Assembly (NCBI GenBank): GCA_030695605.1
Contig: JAUYQE010000029.1
Location: 1 to 36,492, forward strand
DNA from: Nanobdellota archaeon
GTDB lineage: Archaea; Nanobdellota; Nanobdellia; Woesearchaeales; GW2011-AR9
Direction: 5' to 3'
Length of the DNA: 36,492 nt
In this document: positions 26,801 to 33,878 of the stretch, piece by piece
Layout: every line of letters begins with the position of its first letter
Position numbering within the stretch: the stretch's first letter is position 1
Made by a program: the position numbers and the translations under genes
The notes under the pieces: generated by a model
What the model was told of the DNA's origin: nothing
Seen by the model: the letters and a program-made list of their open reading frames with translations, nothing else
The model's database searches: none

Positions 26801-28340
26801 CGTTAAACGCCGACGTGTTTATGGCCAGCGTGTTATTTCGGATGAAAATGTTTCTGTCCAGACCCAGGCCCAAATCATTCGTGACGTTCAAATCGAGGTT
26901 GCGATAAAAGCTGCCGGTGCCGTTGTCTATCCACTTGATTTCGCCGAGAGTGCTGTTGTAGATGAGTGAATTTGGGCCTGCGGAATCATCAAGAATTTCA
27001 TTGGACGTTCTCGCCGTGATGTTGTTGTTAAGAAAGATGGATCTTTCCCCATTAGCTATCCAGATACCATATGCAGCGGTTGCTCCCGCTGTCCCAATGA
27101 TATTGTCAACAAAGTAATTATCAGCAGCTGGGGATAAGCCCCCCGCTGCATCAAGAATAATCCCAGCAGCGCTAGCTCCCGTTGTTGTAATATTATTCCC
27201 CCTGTAAGTTCCGTTATGGTATTGAATCTCAATCCCAATACCTCCCGACCCGGTTGTTCTAATGGTATTATTGGTGATCGTATCTTTGGTATCCATGCCA
27301 ACGATTCCCGCGTCATTGAGTTGGGTTCCAATTCCATGAGCATTATTGCCCGAGGTTGTAATAGTGTTATTGATTAAAGAGTTGTTTTGTGTTATCTCAT
27401 CCGTAATATCTATTCTAATGCCCGCATCATCATCACCGCCGGTTACGATCCAATTGTTACGAATAACGTTATGGCTCGAGTCCTGAACGTAAATTCCATA
27501 GCCTCCAGAAGTGCTCAGCTGGTTTTCTTTCGTGTTCGTGATATTATTAAACTCTACATACGTATAATTACTATCTAAGTAGAGGTGAATTCCTGGCGAG
27601 GTTGTCGCTCGCGAATGCGTTTCAATAGTATTCCAGGAAATATTATTTCGGCTGGACCGTTGCAGATAGATCCCGGGAGCGTCCGTTTTGTTAGCACCTC
27701 GAATTGTATTGTTAAAAAATGTGTGATTTGTAGTCGTCGCTGTACCTCTCTCCAGATTAATCCCTCGGGTAAAATTCAGAATCTGAAGATTCTTGATGGT
27801 TACATTCTGCACGCTGCCAGAAATATTTATGCCATAACCCGTGCCATTGCCAATGATGGCAAAGCCAGAGCCATTAATGATGACATGAGACGCAGTAACA
27901 TTAAAGCAGCCAACTTGTTCTGCAGGGTTAAACGTAATATTGGCTGCAAGGTTCAAATTGGCACTCACGGTTCCACAACTGGTTGATGTTGCTGCGCCTG
28001 TAATCCCAATGGTAGCTGGTGCCAGAGAGCCTGATTGTGCTTTGGGCTGTTGTTCAGAGTCTGCCGTTGTGCCACCCGCTGGTTGGGTCGTATTTTCTGT
28101 AGAAGCATTTGACGAAGGGGCACTTTCTGTTGGCACCGCTTCCTCAGAAGAAGTATTCTCACTAATTCTATCATCGGATAAATGGGGAGTACTTTCCGCA
28201 ACATTTTCCGGTTCCACCGGCTGCACTCCCAACACTGCTCCGGTAATGCCCCGGCTTTCCGAAAAAAATGCCAAGAACCCCAATCCTAATAGTACCAAGA
28301 ATAAAGTTACAACTACCCAAACCCCCTTTTTTTCGTACAT
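23841..28340 (-). CDS. Giant (1499 aa) secreted or surface protein with beta-helix repeats, a poly-Thr linker and a distinct C-terminal domain
   Basis: N-terminal hydrophobic anchor WVVVTLFLVLLGLGFLAFF. Roughly 1000 aa of repeats of the N-N-[TI]-I...G-x-G-I type follow. N-x-S/T sequons are very dense. A G5S-T16-P-T4 linker precedes a C-terminal region of about 430 aa without repeats. An own TATA (AAATATTTATATAC) lies upstream. Confidence 0.85.
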   Translation of the reverse strand: MYEKKGVWVVVTLFLVLLGLGFLAFFSESRGITGAVLGVQPVEPENVAESTPHLSDDRISENTSSEEAVPTESAPSSNASTENTTQPAGGTTADSEQQPKAQSGSLAPATIGITGAATSTSCGTVSANLNLAANITFNPAEQVGCFNVTASHVIINGSGFAIIGNGTGYGINISGSVQNVTIKNLQILNFTRGINLERGTATTTNHTFFNNTIRGANKTDAPGIYLQRSSRNNISWNTIETHSRATTSPGIHLYLDSNYTYVEFNNITNTKENQLSTSGGYGIYVQDSSHNVIRNNWIVTGGDDDAGIRIDITDEITQNNSLINNTITTSGNNAHGIGTQLNDAGIVGMDTKDTITNNTIRTTGSGGIGIEIQYHNGTYRGNNITTTGASAAGIILDAAGGLSPAADNYFVDNIIGTAGATAAYGIWIANGERSIFLNNNITARTSNEILDDSAGPNSLIYNSTLGEIKWIDNGTGSFYRNLDLNVTNDLGLGLDRNIFIRNNTLAINTSAFNVGLGRINASANISLFGLDFAFVDQIRTVNNYTEDPILIRRLGSNCNGTTCFVFSYSAGRLVFNTSSLSSFSAYEVRCGIVDFTQSLIRNLTASGTCVTINSSDITLDGSGYGLGGDTTGSGISILNQKNITIKNFALIENFSRAITAINVTYSLIYNNTLRASTSAGSIGIYGYNLSHTNISSNTIRAGSTSDGYGIFLNTSSNDNTVFSNTIMANSSSSNENYGIYFFATTNNTAFYNVINITSNGRAFLMNNSNFSTFAYNLINTSSFDGASGFFVGSGSRGMNISFNNITTSGVDGYGIWVSFSRSHNISGNTIITFGTGGKGIYITMSNATFIASNNVTTYGSDSNAIGLGDDSPYPAYNNTVVYNLLTTYGVASRGILLEGPATAHNNVSWNNISTNGTNSYGIPVNQGTATESVIQGNNIVTQGPTAYGIWLRYANFTTLRENNITTYNTTAYGIYFLDAHNNTVTDDKITSAGAAAIFADGDTWDNTLRNIILTSDENFTSSFFRGISVTVNSSSISSPEGKSNIGGDYLTITNTSLGGYLDFNLSYLTSEVSSVTESTIKLYNYSESTTSWVAVGISSVDTANNIVSSGNLSTFSTFAPFGDIPSTPSGGGGGSTTTTTTTTTTTTTTTTPTTTTETASTTEEAVTEEYTEAELDQEITQAEAQGASLVSGSITESRQLSLPEAREENVTKTDGITVALPSTVRQTVTAVTVTLQNNAKKKMRLFPELLQEVDDPFFIITTKTLGHQDSLSRKILDLYYSSEPISGRLLKAELEAEEIILEPGQSIEKTLEIKSGLGSGTRKMKVQFITLGRTLLEQEVDVPATEFSGVALDHDTNANTMDVYAFFAPPDVTEQLRQYYAEQAGGGITGAAIGVQEVPKDGKYWLELSLIKKREQPVLQQLPFRFTIRNQLQRLLLPQPAFTELYGPYAVSGNQTFIFAQQIAYNPAEYKGNYLVKTRLFRGTATVMTNEYDMVLGED
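24873..24935 (-). repeat. Poly-threonine tract (T16-P-T4), preceded in the protein by Gly5-Ser (encoded at 24936-24953)
   Basis: Read directly: 21 consecutive codons that are ACN or CCA on the minus strand. The + strand therefore shows a spurious poly-Val ORF. Confidence 0.9.
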
Positions 28341-28393
28341 ATATAGAGTAAAAGAAAGTTAAGAAGTATATAAATATTTATCTTATCTCTACC

Positions 28394-28594
28394 TTACTGC
28401 TTAAACCCTTCTTTCAGCTTCAGCAAGGATTCAGAAAGCTGCACCGTTAAAGCGCTCAACTGCTTGGTTTTCTGCAATTGTTTTACCAGAATCCCGATAA
28501 CCACGATCGCTTCAATGAGCAGCAGGAAAATGATGACTCCGAAGACTAAGAGCAATTCAATAAGCGGTACATCTACCCCGAAGACGAGCACCAT
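28394..28594 (-). CDS. Small membrane protein upstream of the giant surface-protein gene
   Basis: 66 aa. It has one long hydrophobic stretch (LIELLLVFGVIIFLLLIEAIVVIGILV) followed by an amphipathic tail. Same strand as the two surface-protein genes. Confidence 0.4.
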   Translation of the reverse strand: MVLVFGVDVPLIELLLVFGVIIFLLLIEAIVVIGILVKQLQKTKQLSALTVQLSESLLKLKEGFKQ

Positions 28595-28713
28595 TTTTTT
28601 TCATAGGTAGTAACATCAGTATTATTTATATGCTTTTCTTTCTATCCCACAGTAGTGTTCGCTTTGTTTCCGGAATCACAGGCTTTTTATAGTTCGTTCT
28701 TTTTCAGTTTTTG

Positions 28714-29595
28714 ATGCGCCACGCTTGGAAAAAGTATCTGCATGCATTCTCCAACCTGCCCCTTTTAGGAAAAATGTTTCTCATTGACACCGCTGCTTTT
28801 GCGCTGCTTTTTGCGCTCTTTTCTGCGTTCAGCACCTATCTCCGGGAAAAAGCTGCTCCTTTGGCAGCAGCACAAACTGCTCTTGCTACACAAGATTCCC
28901 AAGCGCTCTTGCCATTTCTTACCGACATCAAGCAGTTTTTGCTCGTTTTTATTATTGGAGGGATTCTGCTCCTGCTCATAACTTTGGCCCTTGTTTCGTT
29001 TTCGAGAGCCGCTATTTGGAGCACCCTGGTGAAAAAACACTTCCCAAAAAAGCTGCCCTGGCGCTGGGTAGGATTATCTCTGGCACTCGTCATTCCAGCG
29101 CTTCTTCTTGGCGCTTTCCTCTTGCTGGTGAAGCTCCTCGGCGCACGGCTCTTCCGTGGCTTGCTCAGCCTGAACGCTTCCTGGTATGTGGCCAATCAGC
29201 AGGCCGTAAGCATCATAGAGTCTTTCCTCAACAGCGGATTGAATTTCCTGCTTCTCCTTCTCTTCTTGGCATTCCTCTTCTCTGCAGCTCTCGCGTTTGT
29301 ACAAAAAGAACGAGCCTGGGCCAGCATTGGAGAGACTGTTTCCCTGCTGAAAAAGAACTTTAGGCAACTGCCCGCTTTCCTGCTGTTTTCTTTAGGAACC
29401 GCACTGCTCGTATCGCTCCCTTCCCGGCTTTTCAGCAGCGCACCATATCTCTATCCGACGGCGTGGAATGTCATCATGGCAGCCGTTTCCCTGCTCTACC
29501 TCTCCTGGCTGCGGCTCTATTTCCTGGAGATTTTTCACCATGAACCAACCATTCAATCTCACGCCGTTCATCCAGAACGGCCGGCTGCAGCTTAA
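28714..29595 (+). CDS. Polytopic membrane protein, function unknown
   Basis: The ATG at 28714 follows the TTG used by the track. There are at least six hydrophobic helices. No motif recognised. Confidence 0.65.
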   Translation: MRHAWKKYLHAFSNLPLLGKMFLIDTAAFALLFALFSAFSTYLREKAAPLAAAQTALATQDSQALLPFLTDIKQFLLVFIIGGILLLLITLALVSFSRAAIWSTLVKKHFPKKLPWRWVGLSLALVIPALLLGAFLLLVKLLGARLFRGLLSLNASWYVANQQAVSIIESFLNSGLNFLLLLLFLAFLFSAALAFVQKERAWASIGETVSLLKKNFRQLPAFLLFSLGTALLVSLPSRLFSSAPYLYPTAWNVIMAAVSLLYLSWLRLYFLEIFHHEPTIQSHAVHPERPAAA

Positions 29596-29785
29596 AGTTG
29601 TGCCAAATGCCAAGAAGACGTTTCTCAAAGAAGAGAACGGCACATTGAAGCTCTATCTGCATGCTCCACCGGAAAAAGATAAAGCGAATAAAGAGCTAGT
29701 TGCTTTTTTCAAGAAAGAGCATCATCTTTCAGTGTATCTTGTCAGCGGAGCGAAAAGCCGAGAGAAAATCGTAGAAATATACTGA
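29540..29785 (+). CDS. DUF167 (YggU-like) family protein
   Basis: From the internal ATG at 29540 the sequence is LQLKVVPNAKKTFL...LKLYLHAPPEKDKANKELVAFF...VYLVSGAKSREKIVEI. This matches the YggU pattern (P-N-A-K, G/D-K-A-N, v-S-G-x-x-S-R-x-K). It overlaps the upstream gene by 56 nt. Confidence 0.75.
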   Translation: MNQPFNLTPFIQNGRLQLKVVPNAKKTFLKEENGTLKLYLHAPPEKDKANKELVAFFKKEHHLSVYLVSGAKSREKIVEIY

Positions 29786-29855
29786 AATATTGGACGAGAA
29801 TATAGAGATTCAACTCCAAGAATGTATTTAAGCGTTCTTCTTTTTGTTGCATCCC

Positions 29856-31526
29856 ATGCCACGGTATCAAGATCTTGCAGCTGTCCCCGAAGAGCTGAAA
29901 AAAAAACTGGAGCGCTATTTTACGAATGTGGGGGGAAGAACTTTTGTCATCAGAGGGCTTCCCTCGGAGTTAACGGGTGGAGCCTTAGCTCGCTATTCTC
30001 GGGCCAGGACTGGCATCCAGCTCACCCTCATTAACGAGTTTCTTGATGAACATGGCGAGCCCTCGCAGCAGAAAGGCTCGGCTTTGATGGATCGTGTTTT
30101 AAATGCATTCGGTGATGATTCTGTTGGTGAATTAGAAGGAGTACATGTCGGTCTGGAAGATATCAGCCAGCTTCTCACTAAAGAGATCGAAGACCGCCGC
30201 ATTGGAGGTTCGCCAATTGAACAATCGACTCGATACGTCATCTATGACCAAAAAGACCAGCAGGGGCGATGGCGGTATGTGCGTCCTCAGGAGATCATGG
30301 AATCAGGCTTTGGAGAACGCTATCAAGAAATCAACGATAAAGCTTTTGTGGTATATGCCCAAGGCGTCGAGCTCCTCCAGGACTATTTTAGAAAAGAATT
30401 TCCCCGCGCACAATTTCAGATTGATGGTGAGCGTCGCAGTCAAAAAGTAAAGCTGTTTGAAACTGAATTGGAAACAGGTGATGAAAGAAAAGCTTTTGCC
30501 ACCGCGTATAATTTTACGATCCGCTGTGCGGCTCTGGATGTGGGGCGGTGTGTTTTGCCTTCCTCGACGTTAACGCATCTGGGCTTGGCAGGAAATGGAC
30601 GATATTATACCAACTTGCTGATTCACTTAAAGAGTAGCCCGCTTGCTGAAGCCCGGGAACGAGCTGCAGAATTGGAAGCGGAATTGCAGAAAGTAATCCC
30701 CACGTTTATCAAACGAAATAAAGCTGATGCCAAAAGAGCGGATATTGACCGGAGGATGACGACCCTTGCTGCTGACCTCTTCGGCGGGATTGCTCCGACG
30801 GATGTGCCCGTCACGCTTGTTCCTCGAGCCGAGTATCTCGATGAAGTTACGGCCTCTTGCTTATTTTCCTATATACCTATTTCATTACCCCAAATTTTGG
30901 AGGCTCTGCATAACATCCCTGCAGACAAAAAAATGGAAATTGTCGAAACCTATCGCGGGTCTCGTGAAAGCCGGCGTGATCGCACGGGTCGGGGCTTGGA
31001 AGCGGGGTATCCGTTCACTTTTGATTTGGTTGGCGGGTTTGCCGAATATCGGGACTTAGAGCGCCATAGAATGCTCACACAGCAGCGGCAGCGCCTGACG
31101 ACGGATCTCGGTTTCATTCTGCCTCCGGAGATGGAAGCGGTTGGTTTAGGGAATGCTGTTCAAGAAGTTGAAAGTCTGATGAGCTCGTTAAACAATGATC
31201 TGCGGCGGGCCGGCTTGGAACAGGCTGCGCAATATGCAACCCTCTTTAATCATCGCCTTCGTTTTCTGCTGGGCATGAACCTCCGGGAACTGCAGCATCT
31301 TGCCGAATTACGAACGCAGCCTAGCGGCCATTTTAGTTATCGAAGCATGGTTATGGAGATGGCTCGGCGTGTACAGGAACGTGATCCTTGGACAAAAGAA
31401 CTTTTAGGTTTTGTTGATTTCTCTGATCCGGGGAATAAGATTTCCCGGGCTCGGGAGCAGGCTCGCATTGCCGGCAAAAATAGTGCAAAGGGTGTTGCTG
31501 GTGATTTTGACCTGACGGAGTTATGA
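29856..31526 (+). CDS. Long-form ThyX-like (Thy1 domain) protein, putative flavin-dependent thymidylate synthase
   Basis: ERHRMLTQQRQ holds the RHR core of the ThyX motif. LRELQHLAELRTQPSGHFSYRSM resembles the C-terminal ThyX helix. It is followed by tmk on the same strand. The ATG at 29856 lies about 27 nt downstream of TGTATTTAAG. Confidence 0.55.
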   Translation: MPRYQDLAAVPEELKKKLERYFTNVGGRTFVIRGLPSELTGGALARYSRARTGIQLTLINEFLDEHGEPSQQKGSALMDRVLNAFGDDSVGELEGVHVGLEDISQLLTKEIEDRRIGGSPIEQSTRYVIYDQKDQQGRWRYVRPQEIMESGFGERYQEINDKAFVVYAQGVELLQDYFRKEFPRAQFQIDGERRSQKVKLFETELETGDERKAFATAYNFTIRCAALDVGRCVLPSSTLTHLGLAGNGRYYTNLLIHLKSSPLAEARERAAELEAELQKVIPTFIKRNKADAKRADIDRRMTTLAADLFGGIAPTDVPVTLVPRAEYLDEVTASCLFSYIPISLPQILEALHNIPADKKMEIVETYRGSRESRRDRTGRGLEAGYPFTFDLVGGFAEYRDLERHRMLTQQRQRLTTDLGFILPPEMEAVGLGNAVQEVESLMSSLNNDLRRAGLEQAAQYATLFNHRLRFLLGMNLRELQHLAELRTQPSGHFSYRSMVMEMARRVQERDPWTKELLGFVDFSDPGNKISRAREQARIAGKNSAKGVAGDFDLTEL

Positions 31527-31673
31527 AAATGCGGGAAAGCGCCCCACCACGAACTAAAGTCCGAGGCTTGACGAAGGTGCTTTCTTTACCCCACATTTTC
31601 AGGAGCAGAAAAATGGCAACGATCATTTTTTGCTCCCAAAAACAATCTCTGTTGTTTTTGTGGACACAAAAAA

Positions 31674-31723
31674 GCCAGAGCCATTGATCCATTGGCTAAA
31701 GCCAATGGCTTTCTGGCTTTTTT
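31674..31723 (+). terminator. A6-hairpin-T6 element (bidirectional intrinsic-terminator-like) between the ThyX-like gene and tmk
   Basis: GCCAGAGCCATTG (31674-31686) pairs with CAATGGCTTTCTGGC (31703-31717). That gives 13 bp with a 2-nt bulge and a 16-nt loop, followed by T6 at 31718-31723 and preceded by A6. Confidence 0.45.
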
Positions 31724-31782
31724 CGTGTAAGAAGCAGAGAAAGCTTAAATGAGCGTGAATAAAAAGAGAGGTGATTTCAAAG

Positions 31783-32481
31783 ATGACGAAAGGCAAATTC
31801 TTTGTTCTCGACGGCACGGACGGCAGCGGAAAGACGGTACAAGCGAAACTGTTGTCTGACCGCCTGCGGGCGGAAGGGCATGCCGTTCTCCTAAAAGATT
31901 TTCCGCAGTATGGAAATTGGTCTGCGGCTCACGTGGAACGCTATCTCCGCGGCGAGTTTGGCGGTGCGCACGACGTATCGGCGAAATGCGCTTCACTGTT
32001 CTTTGCCTTGGATCGCTACGGCGCCCGCCAGGAGATGGAAGCCCACCTGCAGCAGGGCGGCATCATCATCTCCAACCGCTATGTTTCTGCGAACAAAGGC
32101 CATCAGCTCGGCAAGATTACCGATGAGAAAGAGATGCGGAATTTCTTAGACTGGATCAATGATGTGGAATATGCAACGCTGGGCCTTCCTGTTCCAGACG
32201 TGACGATCTTCCTGCACATGCCTCCGGCTGTCGGCCAGCAATTAGTTGCACAGAAAGGGGACCGGGCCTATCTGCAGGGTGCAAAACAGGATATTCACGA
32301 GAAAAGTTTAGATCATCTTCTCAACGCCGAGCGGGCCTATCTGTTCTGCTTTTCCCATGATCCCGTCGAGAACTGGAGGCGGATTGTCTGCTCAGACGGC
32401 GATACTCCCCGACAGATTGAAGCGATACATGAAGAAGTGTATCAGTTGGTAAAGAAAGCGCTGGATATCAAAGAACCCTAG
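31783..32481 (+). CDS. tmk: Thymidylate (dTMP) kinase
   Basis: P-loop FFVLDGTDGSGKTVQAKLL. FFALDRY is the DRY-type motif. The ATG at 31783 lies 8 nt after AGAGAGGTGA. Confidence 0.85.
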   Translation: MTKGKFFVLDGTDGSGKTVQAKLLSDRLRAEGHAVLLKDFPQYGNWSAAHVERYLRGEFGGAHDVSAKCASLFFALDRYGARQEMEAHLQQGGIIISNRYVSANKGHQLGKITDEKEMRNFLDWINDVEYATLGLPVPDVTIFLHMPPAVGQQLVAQKGDRAYLQGAKQDIHEKSLDHLLNAERAYLFCFSHDPVENWRRIVCSDGDTPRQIEAIHEEVYQLVKKALDIKEP

Positions 32482-32719
32482 AAGCTGTTTGCAGCTAAGC
32501 CATTCACTCTTTCTCTTCTTTCGCTTCTCCAAAAAACTCACCCAAGCGCCGGGACTTGGCCATGGCTGCATATGAAATCTTTGCTGAAGAATTTTTTTTC
32601 ATGAAACACCCATCACCCCTTTTTTGTGCAACACCTACCACTGCTTTTTGATAGCCAAGGGTGATATTTAAAGACTATTGACGTCAGAACTATATACTCC
32701 AAGCCGATACCACTTGCGG

Positions 32720-32732
32720 AAAAAAAACAAAA
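32720..32732 (-). terminator. Oligo-T tract (TTTTGTTTTTTTT on the minus strand) after the 32790-33320 gene
   Basis: Read directly. Archaeal termination commonly uses oligo-T runs. It lies about 60 nt past the stop codon. Confidence 0.35.
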
Positions 32733-32789
32733 CGTGTTCTGCGGAGAAGTACTGTCCCATTACTTAAGAAATGAGTAACAAGAAAAGGC

Positions 32790-33320
32790 CTACGGCGTTT
32801 GTACGACGAGATTCACCGGCGCAGCATTGACCAGTATTCCATCAGAAGCATTCAGCTTTACGTTCAACAGCGTGAACGAGGGGGAAAGCACCGTGAAATT
32901 CCATACTGTTTTTCCCTGGAATTTTTGGAGTATCACAAAGCCGTTGCCCGCTTGCTCCCGAGGAAAAGCTTTGGGCAGCTCTTCTGCCCAACGTTTTACT
33001 GCGTTTGGAAAAGAAAGCATACTTGCAGAGAACGATAATTCTTCGACTGCTGCAGTTTCCTTAAATACATCATCTTCGGGCTTCAGAATGAAAGACACGT
33101 CTTCTCCAGCGACTTCTGGATAACCCTGAGAAAAAACTGCCATCTTTTCCGTTTCCGGAAGATAAAAGCCGATATCCCAGCCGCTTTTCGGTGAGCCATC
33201 AGCAGCAATACTACAAAACAAATGGGAAAGAAAAGCGGTCGGATGCTTTTTCTTCCACAAAGTATACACAGCACTTTCCTGCAGCGCCTGCAGCAAGGCC
33301 TGCGGCACGCCCACGGCCAT
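32790..33320 (-). CDS. Hypothetical protein translationally coupled to tfs
   Basis: The ATG at 33318-33320 overlaps the tfs stop by 1 nt (TAATG). 176 aa, no recognised motif. Confidence 0.6.
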   Translation of the reverse strand: MAVGVPQALLQALQESAVYTLWKKKHPTAFLSHLFCSIAADGSPKSGWDIGFYLPETEKMAVFSQGYPEVAGEDVSFILKPEDDVFKETAAVEELSFSASMLSFPNAVKRWAEELPKAFPREQAGNGFVILQKFQGKTVWNFTVLSPSFTLLNVKLNASDGILVNAAPVNLVVQTP

Positions 33321-33634
33321 TACGAATATTCCCTCCAGGTATGGCTGCACTTCGTGCACTTAAAGAATCGGGTTTCCGGCTCATCTGCGCCCCGGGTCTG
33401 CTGGGTCCAGAAATAGGCGATGGTATTCTGGCACTTTTCGCAGCGCGCCCTGACTTTAGGATGGATTTCTACCTGCTCAATCACTTCAATCTTTTTGTTG
33501 CTTTGTACCGTTTCTTTCAGCTCTGTGCCGGCTTCTTCTTTCGGCTCTTTGGTAAAGCCGCAGGTACAGTACAAGATACGCTTCGTGCCTTTTTCCTTAG
33601 GCCGTAAAATGGCTCCGCATTTTGGGCAAAACAT
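33320..33634 (-). CDS. tfs: Transcription factor S (TFIIS/RpoM-like)
   Basis: N-terminal Zn ribbon MFCPKCGAIL...YCTCG. C-terminal TFIIS-type ribbon CEKCQNTIAYFWTQQTRGADEPETRFFKCTKCSHTWREY, which includes the acidic DE loop. A TATA (CTATATAAATAG) lies about 28 nt upstream. Confidence 0.9.
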   Translation of the reverse strand: MFCPKCGAILRPKEKGTKRILYCTCGFTKEPKEEAGTELKETVQSNKKIEVIEQVEIHPKVRARCEKCQNTIAYFWTQQTRGADEPETRFFKCTKCSHTWREYS

Positions 33635-33729
33635 CGTAGGGGGAGAATTGATGGGCTATTTATATAGTTTTTCTTTGGGGTTTATAAACTGGTTGCTGGT
33701 TGAGAAAGCATTCTCAAGTAAAGCGTCCT

Positions 33730-33874
33730 CAGGGGCGGCGGGGCCGCTCGCTCGGTCTGTTCTTGCAGACAGATTTGTCCAAAAATCGCAGCTCGCCTCG
33801 ATTGAACAGAACAATGTATTCATTTTGAACAACGGACGTTCCTCGCTCGCCTCTTGGCCCAGCCGCCGCCCCTG
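33730..33874. other. GC-rich 145-bp element closed by a 12-bp perfect inverted repeat, identity unknown
   Basis: CAGGGGCGGCGG (33730-33741) pairs perfectly with CCGCCGCCCCTG (33863-33874). GGCC/GGCC adds 4 bp across a 3-nt bulge. The interior holds three direct CTCGC(T/C)TCG-like copies and two TTGAACA copies. Confidence 0.4.
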
Positions 33875-33878
33875 CGCC

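Noticed and set aside
33656-33823. 55-codon minus-strand ORF (MNTLFCSIEASCDFW...) inside the signal peptidase/tfs spacer
   Set aside because: It runs through the tfs TATA boxes and the GC-rich repeat. It has no upstream ribosome-binding or promoter signal and has a low-complexity composition.
33730-33874. Reading the GC-rich inverted-repeat element as a tRNA (with or without an intron) or a 5S rRNA
   Set aside because: After a 7-bp GGGGCGG/CCGCCCC acceptor stem there is no D-arm or T-arm pairing. For 5S, the segments that should form helix II are direct repeats, not inverted ones. It is kept as an unidentified element.
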